From: Candidatus Eiseniibacteriota bacterium
GTDB lineage: Bacteria; Eisenbacteria; RBG-16-71-46; JABDJR01
Reading direction: 5' to 3'
Assembly: GCA_963783375.1 (NCBI GenBank)
Contig: CAWANH010000029.1
Span: 1,088,001 to 1,152,000 of the forward strand
Length of the DNA stretch: 64,000 nucleotides
How positions within the stretch are numbered: position 1 is the first letter of the stretch; each line of letters opens with the position of its first letter. The position numbers were made by a program, and so were the translations under genes. The notes beneath the pieces were generated by a model. The model saw nothing but the letters and a program-made list of their open reading frames with translations, was not told the origin of the DNA and searched no databases. Positions 29,462 through 40,288 of the stretch are shown here, one piece after another.

Positions 29462-32400
29462 ATGAAAAACCTTGTTTCAGGTCGTGTGTTTAACCGGTCC
29501 ACCTCCTCTACCCCGATCACCGTCGCGGTCTTCCTGGCCCTGCTCCTGGCGGTTGGGCCGGCGGGGGCGCCGGCGGAGGCCTCCCCCATCGTCATCGGCC
29601 CCGGTCCGGCGCTGGGCACCGACCGGGCCGGGGTCACCTGGCGCCAGGAGTTCCAGGACTGGACCCACGACGACCTGAGGGCCCTGGACGACGCCGGTCT
29701 GGGAGACTCGGTGTACGGGTTCGGAGACGGCCTGGACGATTCGAGGGACCTTGTCGCCTTCTACGAACGGGAGGAGGGGGCGAACCTCTATTTCCGGGTG
29801 GACCTCTACGACCTCGCCCTGGGCGCCGAGGCCTCGGCGCTGGACATCTACGTGGCCGTCGACGCCGCCCCCGGGGGCCAGGTGTGGTTCCCCGACTTCC
29901 TGGACTGCGCCACCGACCGGCCGTGGGAGCTGTGCGTGGCGGTGTATCAGGCTGGAACCGTCGAAGGCGTCGACTACCGGGTGTTCCGGTCGGATTTCAG
30001 CCCCGTGGCCACCGGTTACCTGGGCTCCTACTTCAACCGCGAGATCGACGCGGTGGAGTTCGGGGTCACCCGCCAAACCCTGGTGGACGCGGGATGGGAC
30101 GGGACGACCCCCCTCACCTTCCAGATCTTCACCGCCAGGGACGGAGCGGAAACGAACTGCGCCGGAGGCGGGAACTCCAGCGATTTGGCCGACGCCTTCG
30201 TGGACGACGACCGCGGCTGCTCGGACGGAGTCCTGAACGGGGGGATCTCCTCCACCGGCACCGCCGGGGTGGTCTACTACGCGTCCATCGCCCATGGAAA
30301 CCAGTCGGTGAACCGGGTCCAGGACATCGGGGCCCACATCTACGACCCCCAGTCGAACACCGGGATCTCCGGGGGCACCGGATTCCAGCGCACCCTGGAC
30401 ACCCACGAAATCTTCGGGGTTCCCCTGAACATCCACCCCAGCGGAACCCTCACCATCGCCGCCAACTGGGCGCGGACCGCCGGCGGGGCCTCGGATCCCC
30501 AGGACGGGCCCGCGTTCCTGGCCCGGATCCGCGACTTCGTGGACGACGACCAGTCCCACGACCCGGGATCGTTGATCGGCGGCGTGCTGGCCGAGCACAT
30601 CATGCCCTACTTCGAGGGGCCGGTGAACGCGGCCTCGATCGCGCTGGAGGACAGCCTGAACCGGGCGGTGTACGGGGTCGGCGCCCAGGATGCGCGAGTC
30701 ATGCACACCCCGGAACGGGTGATCCGTTCCCAGTCGACCGGACTGTCGCCGCTCGACGGGCACACCTTCGCCGACATCGCGGCCAGTCCGTACGTCGCCA
30801 CGTATCTGGACGAGGTGACCCACCTCCACGACTGGTTCCATCCCGGCGAGTCGTGCGACCCCGATGCCGGCTATCGCCACAAGGTGCACGAAATCAACGG
30901 CGTCTACTGCTTCATGATCAATGACCGCGAGGACCAGGCCAAGTTCGGGAACCACGACGGCGGCATGACCCTGGACTCCCGGTACAGCCTGCTGCAGAAG
31001 GCCCTCTACGGGAACTCGAGCGAGATCGTGACGGTGTTCGACGACTGGGAGGCCCTGGCCGGGAAGTCCTTCAACCCCGCCTCGGGCCTGAGCGTGCCCA
31101 ACGACAACCCGAACCAGTACCACAACACCATCCGCTGGGCGGCCAATCACCCCTGGATCCGGATCTCGAACCTCCGCGACCTGCTGGACCTCGCGCTGGG
31201 CGATCCCGCCGATTTCGTCATCGACCACGGCACGCGCTACGACCTCCCCATCGACACCTACCAGTGGCTCCGGCACGCGTCGGAGGACTCCTACCACAAC
31301 TGGTACTACGACCAGGACGGCGGGTCGGCGGGAAACGAGCAGGACTTCTACAACCTGGTGCCGGTGGTGACCGGTTCCCAGGGGGACTACCACTCCCGGA
31401 GCGCCACCCCCGCCGCCGACGGGCCGCCGCTCCCGAGCGGAATGAAGCTGGGCGACATGAACACCCCCGGCACGCTTCTCCACGCGTCCTGGGCCGCGCT
31501 GGAAAACGCGCCCGCCGGGGGGCTCCGCGCCCTGGGCGAGGCCGGCTTCCTGGCCATGATCTACGAGACCGCCTGGCACGAAGAGGACCAGAACGACTAC
31601 TCCGACACCGGTTGCTACGAACCGTGGCTCTCTCCGGACGGAAGCTGGGACGGGGTGAACACCTGGGCGTTGAAGCTCCAGAACCACGCCCGCCAGGCCG
31701 GGTTCTACGCCGCCGCCGCCGGGTGGGCCGCGGATGTCCGCAACGGCCTGGTCGGCCCGGCCACCACGACCGAGGCCACGGATCTGGACTGGGACGGCGA
31801 GAACGAGTACGTGATCCGGAACCAGAGGGTGTGGGCGGTGTTCGAGCGCTACGGCGGTCGGTGCGTGCTGGCCGCCGCCTACGATCCGGCTGCCGGGGAA
31901 GCCGTGGTCGTGGTGGGGGCCCCCCTCACCAATCCCTCCGCGCCGGGGGAAGAGGAGTACACCGGAGCCTCGGCCAGCCGATGCTCGGCGTTCAAGGACG
32001 TGAACGGCGGCCTCTACGCCGACGCGGTCTACACCGCCGCCGCGGTCGCCGGGGGATGGCGGTTCACGAGCCCGGACGGGAAGATCGAGAAGACCCTCAC
32101 CCTCCCCGACGGCGCTTACGATCTGACCGCCGACTACCTGGAGAGCGTCTCCGGCGATCTCTACGTCCGCTTCGGTCTCTCCCCCAATCCGATCGACCTC
32201 GCCTTCCACGGCCGGGACCACCTGGTGTCGGAACTCGACGCCGCGGCCGGTACCTACGCCCTGGCCAACACCGCGGGAGGGGGGGCGGTGCTTCGGTTCA
32301 GCGGGGCGGGGTGGAACCCGGTTCCCGCCGACGCCGGTTTCGAGCGACGGGCGCTGGCCCTCACCGAGGAGGCGGAGGTGTACGGCGACGGCGCATTCCG

Positions 32401-32743
32401 GCTGGTGCTCACCCTGATCCCCGGAGAGACCTCGGTGACCGGAGTTCCCGGGCGCCCGGCCGATCCGGGCCTGCGTCTGACCGGTCCCTATCCCTCCCCC
32501 GGCGCCGGGCCCGCGCGGCTCGCGTTCACCCTTCCCGAGGCGGCAACGGTGACGGTGACGGTGCTGGATGTCCGGGGCCGGCGGGTCGCGCGCCGGGACC
32601 TCGGCCGCCGAGGGCCCGGCCGGGTGGAAGCGGTGCTGGATCCGGTGGACGCGTCGGGGGCCCGCTGGACCAGCGGCGTCTATTTCGTGCGGGTGGAAGC
32701 CGGGGGGTTCCGCGCGGCCCGCAAGTGGGTGGTCGTGCGATAG
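29462..32743 (+). CDS. Secreted GH57-like glycoside hydrolase with C-terminal FlgD-Ig/T9SS-like domain
   Basis: Signal peptide; AHGNQ, NIHPSGTL, HTPERV and FDDWEALAG resemble GH57 conserved regions; DLDWDGENEY..N...FERYGGR; C-terminal PYPSP...VLDVRGRRV...SGVYFVRV. Confidence 0.65.
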   Translation: MKNLVSGRVFNRSTSSTPITVAVFLALLLAVGPAGAPAEASPIVIGPGPALGTDRAGVTWRQEFQDWTHDDLRALDDAGLGDSVYGFGDGLDDSRDLVAFYEREEGANLYFRVDLYDLALGAEASALDIYVAVDAAPGGQVWFPDFLDCATDRPWELCVAVYQAGTVEGVDYRVFRSDFSPVATGYLGSYFNREIDAVEFGVTRQTLVDAGWDGTTPLTFQIFTARDGAETNCAGGGNSSDLADAFVDDDRGCSDGVLNGGISSTGTAGVVYYASIAHGNQSVNRVQDIGAHIYDPQSNTGISGGTGFQRTLDTHEIFGVPLNIHPSGTLTIAANWARTAGGASDPQDGPAFLARIRDFVDDDQSHDPGSLIGGVLAEHIMPYFEGPVNAASIALEDSLNRAVYGVGAQDARVMHTPERVIRSQSTGLSPLDGHTFADIAASPYVATYLDEVTHLHDWFHPGESCDPDAGYRHKVHEINGVYCFMINDREDQAKFGNHDGGMTLDSRYSLLQKALYGNSSEIVTVFDDWEALAGKSFNPASGLSVPNDNPNQYHNTIRWAANHPWIRISNLRDLLDLALGDPADFVIDHGTRYDLPIDTYQWLRHASEDSYHNWYYDQDGGSAGNEQDFYNLVPVVTGSQGDYHSRSATPAADGPPLPSGMKLGDMNTPGTLLHASWAALENAPAGGLRALGEAGFLAMIYETAWHEEDQNDYSDTGCYEPWLSPDGSWDGVNTWALKLQNHARQAGFYAAAAGWAADVRNGLVGPATTTEATDLDWDGENEYVIRNQRVWAVFERYGGRCVLAAAYDPAAGEAVVVVGAPLTNPSAPGEEEYTGASASRCSAFKDVNGGLYADAVYTAAAVAGGWRFTSPDGKIEKTLTLPDGAYDLTADYLESVSGDLYVRFGLSPNPIDLAFHGRDHLVSELDAAAGTYALANTAGGGAVLRFSGAGWNPVPADAGFERRALALTEEAEVYGDGAFRLVLTLIPGETSVTGVPGRPADPGLRLTGPYPSPGAGPARLAFTLPEAATVTVTVLDVRGRRVARRDLGRRGPGRVEAVLDPVDASGARWTSGVYFVRVEAGGFRAARKWVVVR

Positions 32744-32835
32744 CGCTCCGTGAGCGGCGCGGCGGCCCCGGCCTCGCCGCGTGGATCGCCGCGTCCGCGG
32801 GCGCGTGCTAGCCTTCCCACCCGAGGAGGCTCCCC

Positions 32836-34812
32836 GTGAACCGCATACCCCCGACCCCGAAGCCCGAAGACGTTCCCGGACCGGAGCCCCTGGTGATGGG
32901 TCTTGCCGGCTCCCCCCGCCCGGACATCCTGCGTTTTCTCATGGTACAGAAGGCCTGGGCTCCGTCGCTCTTCCCCAGCGGCTCCCACCTGGCGTTCCGT
33001 AGCGACCGGAGCGGCCGCCCCCAGCTCTGGGTGGTGGATACCCGCGGGGGTTGGCCGTCCCAGCTCACCTTCGGGGAGTCGGTGACCGGGCACGCCTGGT
33101 CTCCCGACGGCGCGTGGATCCTCTACGCCTCGGACCGGGGCGGGAACGAGCGGGAGGGCTACATCCTGATCACCCCGGACGGTGTCCGGGAGCGGGAGCT
33201 TCTCCCCCCGTCCGGCGCCTTCCGGGTCTTCGGCGGCTTCTCCCCCGACGGACGCCGGATCGCCTACGCCGAGTGCCCGCCGGAGAGCGCAGCGTTCGAC
33301 ATCCACGTCCTGGACGTGGAGAGCGGAACCGACCGGGTGGTCCTGGCCGGAAGGATGGGGCTCTACGTGGCGGCGTGGCGACCCGACGGCGGGGCGCTCG
33401 TCCTCACCCAGACCCGGGGGGAGGACGCCCAGGACGTCTTCCTGCTCGATCTCGGGACGGGCGGGCTCCGGACCCTGTTCCAACCCGACGAGCCGTCGCG
33501 CCACGATCACATCTCCTGGCTCCCCGACGGAAGCGGCTTCTACCTGGTCACCGACCAGGGGCGCGACCTCGCCGGCCTCGCGTTCTCCCGCCCGGACGGC
33601 GGGGCGCTCGAGTGGGTGGAGACCCCCGCTAACGACGTGGACGCCGCCGAGGTGACCCGCGACGGCCGCTACCTGGCCTGGACGGTGAACGAAGGGGGCT
33701 ACTCGCGCCTGGCGGTCCGGGACCTGGCGGAGAAGCGGAACATCGAGGTTCCTCCGCTCCCGGCCGGGGTCCTGAGCTTCACCTGCGCGGAGCGAGCGCC
33801 CGAGCTGGCGATCGCGGTGACCGGGCCGCGGATTCCCGGGGACATCTGGACCTGGAACCTCGCCACCGGGGCGTTCGGGCGGGCCACCCACTCCTCCCTG
33901 GCCGGCCTGGATCCGGAGCGGATGGCGGTCCCGGAGCACGTGAGCTTTCCCGCCCGGGACGGGGTCACCCTTCATGGGCTCCTCTACCTTCCCGGAGAGG
34001 CGGGTTCGGGGGGGAACGGCCCCGATCCGGCCGGGATCCAGTCGATCTCCGCCGAGGCCTCGGCGGGCGCGCGCCGGGGCCCGGGGAAGCCGCCGGTGCT
34101 CCTGGCCGTGCACGGCGGCCCCACCGCCCAGGCCCGGCCCGTATTCAACCCCGTCCACCAGTATCTCCTGGCCCGGGGGATCGCGGTCCTGGATCTCAAC
34201 TTTCGGGGCTCGACGGGATACGGGAAGGAGTTCGCGCGGCTCGACAACCTCCGTCGGCGGCCCGACGCGGTGCGGGACATGGAGGACGCCCTGGGCTGGT
34301 TGGCCGGGGACGGTCGCACCGACGCCTCGCGCGTCGCGGTCATGGGCGGATCCTACGGCGGGTTCATGACCATGGCCGCCCTTACCACCTTCCCCGGCCG
34401 GTTCAAGGCCGGGGTGGCGATCGTGGGCGTGTCCAACTGGATCACCGCCCTCGAGGGGGCCTCGCCGCAGCTCAGGGCGGGCGACCGGCTGGAGTACGGG
34501 GACGTCGACGACCCCGACGACCGCGCGTTCCTCGTGGAGCTTTCCCCGATCACCCACGTGGGGCGGGTGCGGGATCCGGTCATGGTGCTCCACGGGGCCA
34601 ACGATCCGCGCGATCCGGTGACGGAGTCCGACCAGTTCGTGCGGGGGGTCCGGGAGCACGGCGGCGAGGTGGAATACCTGCGATTCCCCGACGAGGGCCA
34701 CGGAGTCCGGAAGCTCCCGAACCGGGTCATCGCGTATCGGCGGGTCGCCCGGTTTCTGGAGCGGTGCCTGGGGTTGGAGGACGAAGGGCCCGGGTCAGGA
34801 TCTCCGGTATAG
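32836..34812 (+). CDS. S9 family peptidase (beta-propeller plus alpha/beta hydrolase)
   Basis: WSPDG repeats, [28 protein letters not shown] and DEGHG triad. Confidence 0.93.
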   Translation: MNRIPPTPKPEDVPGPEPLVMGLAGSPRPDILRFLMVQKAWAPSLFPSGSHLAFRSDRSGRPQLWVVDTRGGWPSQLTFGESVTGHAWSPDGAWILYASDRGGNEREGYILITPDGVRERELLPPSGAFRVFGGFSPDGRRIAYAECPPESAAFDIHVLDVESGTDRVVLAGRMGLYVAAWRPDGGALVLTQTRGEDAQDVFLLDLGTGGLRTLFQPDEPSRHDHISWLPDGSGFYLVTDQGRDLAGLAFSRPDGGALEWVETPANDVDAAEVTRDGRYLAWTVNEGGYSRLAVRDLAEKRNIEVPPLPAGVLSFTCAERAPELAIAVTGPRIPGDIWTWNLATGAFGRATHSSLAGLDPERMAVPEHVSFPARDGVTLHGLLYLPGEAGSGGNGPDPAGIQSISAEASAGARRGPGKPPVLLAVHGGPTAQARPVFNPVHQYLLARGIAVLDLNFRGSTGYGKEFARLDNLRRRPDAVRDMEDALGWLAGDGRTDASRVAVMGGSYGGFMTMAALTTFPGRFKAGVAIVGVSNWITALEGASPQLRAGDRLEYGDVDDPDDRAFLVELSPITHVGRVRDPVMVLHGANDPRDPVTESDQFVRGVREHGGEVEYLRFPDEGHGVRKLPNRVIAYRRVARFLERCLGLEDEGPGSGSPV

Positions 34813-34832
34813 GACTTTTTCCTACCCAAAGT

Positions 34833-35032
34833 CATCGTGTTCGCCCTATTGCCCCCTGGGTCAGGACGGCCTAGATTCCCGCTGTAGGCGGGGATACGGA
34901 GGGACCTGTCCCTCACGGCACCGAGGTTGGTCCGTCACCCCGCCTTACCGAAATGGCGGGCGGCGCACGTCTGCGATCCAATAGGCCAAGTAATCGGGGC
35001 ATTGCGTTCCTCGGCTACGGACCTTCACGATC
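34833..35032. ncRNA. Candidate structured RNA of ~200 nt; family and strand unknown
   Basis: Intergenic; closing helix ATCGTG/CACGAT, several internal hairpins and crossing long-range complements (see findings). Confidence 0.35.
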
Positions 35033-35358
35033 GCCGGGCGTTTGCCCGCCGTGTTTTGCTCGAGGGCTCCGCTCCGGCCTTTCCCCCGGCTAGGGACGGC
35101 AGGGTGTTCCTCCCATCCCGGTTGTTGGTCCCCGGGCTCCGGCCCCCGTCCACCGGCGGGGGCCGGTTTTCGTCCCCCCGAGACCCGAGTGATCCCTTCC
35201 TCCCGTGTGACCCATCACTTTCCCCGCGCATCCTTCCTCGGGCGCGTCGAGCGGAGCTATGCTCCACAGGCCCGCCACGGCCCGGGGCGATGAGGAACCG
35301 GCTCCGGCCGGGGCCATGGTCCGGCGGAAGCGGTTCTAGGAACCAGGAGGATCAGTCC

Positions 35359-36132
35359 ATGAGGAAGTTCACGGCGATGGGAATGGCCCTGGCGGTATCG
35401 GCGATCCTGGCGGCGCCGGCGGGGGCGGTCCCCACCGAGGTCACGGTGCGGGTCCTGGCCAAAGGGGCCAAGTTCGTGGGCACGTCGATGGGCGGCGTCC
35501 GGATCACCCTGCGGGATGTGGATACCGGCGAGCTGCTCGCCTCGGGGATCACCGCGGGGAGCACGGGGGACACCAAGCGGATCATGGTGGAGCCGCGCGA
35601 ACCCGGCGCCTCCTACTCCACCGAGGGCTCGGCGGCCTACACCGCGACGATCGACCTCACCCGGCCGCGCCTGATCGAGGTGAGCGCCTTTGGTCCCCTC
35701 GGCCAGCGCCAGGCCGCCAACCGGGTCTCGACCACCCAGTGGGTGATCCCGGGGAAACCCATCACCGGCGGCGACGGGGTCCTTCTCCGGCTCCCGGGTT
35801 TCGCGGTGGACGTTCTCGCCCCCCCATCCCACGTTCGCTTCAAGGACCTTCCTCAAGAGGTGGAGCTCCGGGCCAACGTCACCATGATGTGCGGCTGCCC
35901 GGTCACTCCCGGGGGGCTCTGGGACGCGGACACGTTCGAAGTCGGTGCGCTCCTCATGAAGGACGGGAAGCAGGTCGGCCAGATGACCCTCGAATACGCC
36001 GGGTCGGCCAGCCAGTTCGAGGGCACCTGGAAGGTGGACTCCCCGGGAACCTACGAGGCGGTGGTCTACGCCTATGACCCCGCCGACGGAAACACCGGCC
36101 TGGACCGGACGACCTTCAGGGTCGGGGAATAG
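35359..36132 (+). CDS. Secreted hypothetical protein with MMCGCP motif
   Basis: AGGAGG RBS; MRKFTAMGMALAVSAILAAPAGA signal peptide; beta-rich. Confidence 0.85.
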   Translation: MRKFTAMGMALAVSAILAAPAGAVPTEVTVRVLAKGAKFVGTSMGGVRITLRDVDTGELLASGITAGSTGDTKRIMVEPREPGASYSTEGSAAYTATIDLTRPRLIEVSAFGPLGQRQAANRVSTTQWVIPGKPITGGDGVLLRLPGFAVDVLAPPSHVRFKDLPQEVELRANVTMMCGCPVTPGGLWDADTFEVGALLMKDGKQVGQMTLEYAGSASQFEGTWKVDSPGTYEAVVYAYDPADGNTGLDRTTFRVGE

Positions 36133-36175
36133 AGGGGCGCACCCCGGCGGAGAGCCGCGGTCCGATGAACGGGGA

Positions 36176-36204
36176 ACGGCCGGAGGCGCGGGGCCCCCGG
36201 CCGT
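36176..36204. terminator. GC hairpin between convergent genes
   Basis: ACGGCCGG...CCGGCCGT inverted repeat; no strong U-tract. Confidence 0.35.
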
Positions 36205-36247
36205 CTTGCCGCCAGGCTGACCTATTCACGAACCTGCGGCGGCGGGA

Positions 36248-36664
36248 TCAATCCTTGGCGTGAATGAGCGGGCACTCGAACCGCTTGACCACCTCGCCGA
36301 TCGAGATGTCGCCGGCCTGGGCCGCGGCCTCGATCTGCTCGGCGTTGGTGAACTGGGTCATGGGGATGTTTTCCCAGGTGATCGGGCGGACTTCCCACCG
36401 CCCACCGCGCCAGTCCCGGTCGCCGGGGGCCGATTCGGACACGTTGGCGAGGGTCCCGCCCAGCACGTAGATGGTGTTGAATTTGCCGTGGTTGGGGAGG
36501 GTGGCCGGAGTGCCGACGGTGCGGTAGGCAACGTCGTGGGCGTAGATCTTGCCGCCGGGAGGACCGACCGGGCCCTTGCCGTTGTTGGCGAAGGCGGGAG
36601 CGGCGGCGAGGGCGGCCACCGCGATCAACATCAGGAAAGCGGACAAGGACTTGGAAAAGCGCAT
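36248..36664 (-). CDS. Small secreted hypothetical protein
   Basis: AAGGAG RBS; signal peptide ...AAAPAFA; APGDRDWRGGRWEV and C-terminal FECPLI. Confidence 0.82.
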   Translation of the reverse strand: MRFSKSLSAFLMLIAVAALAAAPAFANNGKGPVGPPGGKIYAHDVAYRTVGTPATLPNHGKFNTIYVLGGTLANVSESAPGDRDWRGGRWEVRPITWENIPMTQFTNAEQIEAAAQAGDISIGEVVKRFECPLIHAKD

Positions 36665-37050
36665 GGGTCTCTCCTTGATTTGAGCGTTTGATGTCGGAGC
36701 GTCGGGCGCCTGGGCCTCGCTGCCGGGCGCCCAGCCGCACCGGGTGGACGGCGCCGTTCGAGGGGGCCCGTCCGTGCCGACCCGGGGAGGCGGGACCAGG
36801 CCGGGGGAATGGCCCGGGTACCTCCTCGGAGAAGAACGGCTTCATGCCCACGTACCCCGTCACGCGGTGGGGTGTGACTCACTTTTTCGGGGGCGTCAGC
36901 GAAGCGATCCGGGGAGACCGGCGTCCGAGGGGGGGAGTAGGCTACAGGTCCGGCGCGCGACTATCGCGGGAGTGACGGGGCGCGACCCGAGGACCGGAAG
37001 TTCACCCGGGTGAACTCGGCACCCGGGGTCCCATCTTCACAGCTCAATCG

Positions 37051-37359
<309 letters not shown>

Positions 37360-37460
37360 GCAAGGCGTACAGCTGTGCATCCCGCAATCGGGTCACGGAG
37401 GGTACCACAGCCCAGAAGGAGCCCGCAATGAAGGTCGGCGTGGGTTCGCCGGGGCCGGGA

Positions 37461-37808
37461 TCAGGCCGGGATCGGCTCGGTCATCTCTCCCGAGGGGTGG
37501 TAGGTGCGATCGAAGATGATCACCTCCCGCTTCTCATCCTCCACCATCATCCGGATCCAGTGCTTGGTGCCTCGGGGAATATTGGCGAGCCGCTCGCTCA
37601 AATCGTCGCTGGCCTCGAACTCGTCCATCGGAATCCATGCCCCCCAGAGCTCCTGGGAGGTGTGTATGTGCGCCGTGGCGCGACACTGCTCCATGAGCGC
37701 CTGCAATCCCGCGAACATGGTCTGGCAATCATCCGATTGGATGCAGGCGGTAAAGTTGGCATCGAACACGCAACCGCTGAACTCGCAGAACTTGTTCTCC
37801 CTGACCAT
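37461..37808 (-). CDS. Orphan hypothetical protein (~115 aa), lower GC
   Basis: GGAGGGAG RBS, then MVRENKFCEFSGCVFD...; non-shadow amino acid composition. Confidence 0.6.
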   Translation of the reverse strand: MVRENKFCEFSGCVFDANFTACIQSDDCQTMFAGLQALMEQCRATAHIHTSQELWGAWIPMDEFEASDDLSERLANIPRGTKHWIRMMVEDEKREVIIFDRTYHPSGEMTEPIPA

Positions 37809-38082
37809 CCTGCTCTCCCTCCCGTCCGAGTCCCCGTTGACCGCCTTCCACCGGATAGACTTCTCCCCTCTTCGGGAAATGGGATCCCGCGGGGGTACTC
37901 CACTGAGCTCAAGTTTGGGGGCCACCTACCTTATCTGATGGGGATTTTCGTCCTGACCGACAAGCGATTCCAGAACCTTATCTGGATACTAGCTATTCAA
38001 ATTCGGCATCAATATAGGGTGTGGGCTTCCTGTGCCGCCCTGAGGCCCCATGCTGTTCGCCAAGCCGCCCCTGGGAGCCTTC

Positions 38083-38493
38083 CGGCGGAGGGAGTGGGAT
38101 GGTCGTCCTCAAGCGCCCGTCTCACCCGGCCACCTCCGCCCAACGATCGCCTGCGGAGCTTTCTGGCGGAGGGAGTGGGATGGTCGTCCTCCTCGCCGCC
38201 GCTCGTCGTACGACGTCCCCGAGCGCCCGGCTCTCACGACAACCTCCGCCCAACGATCGCCTGCGGAGCTTTCTGGCGGAGGGAGTGGGATGGTCGTCCT
38301 CCTCGCCGCCGCTCGTCGTACGACGTCCCCGAGCGCCCGGCTCTCACGACAACCTCCGCCCAACGATCGCCTGCGGAGCTTTCTGGCGGAGGGAGTGGGA
38401 TGGTCGTCCTCCTCGCCGCCGCTCGTCGTACGACGTCCCCGAGCGCCCGGCTCTCACGACAACCTCCGCCCAACGATCGCCTGCGGAGCTTTC
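38083..38493 (-). repeat. Tandem array of 3 x 110 bp plus one distal truncated unit, 3' of tRNA-Ser(TGA)
   Basis: Identical units start at 38164, 38274 and 38384; degenerate ~81-bp unit at ~38083. Each full unit ends in ATCCCACTCCCTCCGCCA on the tRNA strand. Confidence 0.95.
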
Positions 38494-38581
38494 TGGCGGA
38501 GGGAGTGGGATTCGAACCCACGGAGCCTTTCGGCTCATCGGTTTTCAAGACCGACGCCTTCGACCGCTCGGCCATCCCTCC
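38494..38581 (-). tRNA. tRNA-Ser(TGA)
   Basis: Reverse complement GGAGGGATGGCCGAGCGGTCGAAGGCG-TCGGT CT TGA AA ACCGA-TGAGCCGAAAGGCTCC-GTGGGTTCGAATCCCACTCCCTCCGCCA. Confidence 0.97.
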
Positions 38582-38784
38582 TCCGGCGGCGGACCGCACC
38601 GGGCGGGAGTCTACCGGAAGGCCCGCTGTCCCGTCTCCGGGTAGGCCGCACCGCCAATGGAGGAGCGCCGGCGGGCCGGACCGCTGTGGTAGACTCCCCC
38701 GCTCGATACGAAGCCTGGAGCTGGGCCCTTTCCGAAAGGTAAATCGCAAGGCCTCGCAAGCACGCCCGCGGCCGCCCTGAGCGC

Positions 38785-40089
38785 ATGAAGGTGAACGCAA
38801 CGCTACCCCCACGATCCTTCAGGACACCCCTCTCCCGGCGTCGCAAGGCTGCCTACGCCGCGGGCACCCTGCTCCTCTTCCTCCTCGCCACCGAGGGGAT
38901 CTGCCGGATCGTGGTGGCGGTGGGCCTGGCCCCCGACCCCCGCGCCGAGACGCTCCGGACGGTCTGGGCGTCGGGAGGCTGGAGCGTCGATCCCCTGCTC
39001 GGCTGGGGCCTTCTTCCCGACCGCGTTTCCGACCAGGGCGGAGCCCGCTGCGAGGCGAACTCGCTCGGGTTGCGGGACGAGGAGATCCCCGTCGAGAGGC
39101 CCGAAGGAGAGATCCGGCTCCTCACCATCGGCGACTCCACGGTGCTCGGATTCGGCGTCGAAGCCGGCCGCACCTTCAGCCAGCTGCTCGAGAAGGACCT
39201 CCGGCAGAAGGTCCGGGCCCGGTTCCAGGTTGTCAACGCCGGCATCCCCGGCTACACAAGCTGCCAATCGCTCCTCTACCTGGAGCACCGCGGACTCCGA
39301 CTCGGCCCGAGCGTGGTGATCGTGGAGACGAACTTCAACGATCGTCGCGCCGTCTTCCCGGACGGCGCCCCCGATTCCGAGGCTCACTTCCGCTCCACCT
39401 ACCGGAAGATCCGCCGGCGGGAGTTCCTGAACCGGAGCACCGCCTACGGTCTCTTCCAGAACCTCCTGCTCTCCGCGGGCGACGTCCTGAGCCGCGGGTA
39501 CGCCGACTACCGCCGGATTTCCCTGGATGCCCCTCCCCGGGTGTCCCTGAGCGCCTACGAGGCGAACATGCGCGAGATCGTCCTCCTATCCCGGAACGCA
39601 GGCGCCTCGGTGATCTTCGTTGGCCTGCCGGACTGGCCAGCGGAGAGCCGGCCGGTGAGGACCGACTCGGCGCTGGTGGCCCGGGAAGACTGGACGGAGG
39701 CGGAACGGCGTCTCCACGCCGATCTCGAGATCTACAAGGTCCAGGCCATCATGCTGCAACGACTCCTGAACGAGGTCTACGACGCCACCGGACGCTCGGC
39801 CGAGTCCAAGCCCACGGTCGAGGTCTCGCTCTCGGGATGGCGGAGCACGGACGGCTACACCCCGGTGTGCCTGAGCGACCCGTACATCGACAAGCTGAAG
39901 GAGCTGGGGAGAGAACTCGACGTGCCGGTGATCGTCCCCACCGCCCCTCCCGACGGCGAGAACATCTACATGGACTACATCCATCTGAACCCCGCCGGGC
40001 ACCGGCTCCTCGCCGACCGGCTTCTAGAAACCGTGGTCGGTCTCCCCCCCTTCGAATCTCCGCCGGCGGTGAGGCCGCCCGGGCAATAA
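38785..40089 (+). CDS. Membrane-anchored SGNH/GDSL hydrolase family protein
   Basis: N-terminal TM, NSLGLRD, IGDST, VNAGIPGY, NFND and DYIHLNPAGH. Confidence 0.88.
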   Translation: MKVNATLPPRSFRTPLSRRRKAAYAAGTLLLFLLATEGICRIVVAVGLAPDPRAETLRTVWASGGWSVDPLLGWGLLPDRVSDQGGARCEANSLGLRDEEIPVERPEGEIRLLTIGDSTVLGFGVEAGRTFSQLLEKDLRQKVRARFQVVNAGIPGYTSCQSLLYLEHRGLRLGPSVVIVETNFNDRRAVFPDGAPDSEAHFRSTYRKIRRREFLNRSTAYGLFQNLLLSAGDVLSRGYADYRRISLDAPPRVSLSAYEANMREIVLLSRNAGASVIFVGLPDWPAESRPVRTDSALVAREDWTEAERRLHADLEIYKVQAIMLQRLLNEVYDATGRSAESKPTVEVSLSGWRSTDGYTPVCLSDPYIDKLKELGRELDVPVIVPTAPPDGENIYMDYIHLNPAGHRLLADRLLETVVGLPPFESPPAVRPPGQ

Positions 40090-40288
40090 GACGGCCCTCC
40101 CGGTCCCTTACGGCCAGGCGGCGGCCGCCCCGCCCCGCCGCCGGGCTGAATCCCTTTGAATCCCCGACGCCGCAAGTGATAGACTCCTGGGGCTTTTCGG
40201 CGTCCGGGCCTGTCCCGCCGCCTCCTCGCTTCCGCGGGACCCCACGAGGACCTTCACCCCTCCCGACCGGAGGGAGATCCGGTAATCC

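Noticed and set aside
29477-32221. Very long opposite-strand ORFs (also 6322-8676, 42720-44753, 46018-49266, 58385-60889) and the off-frame 58449-61331
   Set aside because: Expected stop-poor shadow frames in high-GC coding DNA; each overlaps a gene with clear family motifs.
34833-35032. 6S RNA, HDV-like ribozyme or group II intron remnant
   Set aside because: It is not a single rod with a central bubble, I could not build the HDV double-pseudoknot topology, and no domain V motif was seen. Left as unclassified.
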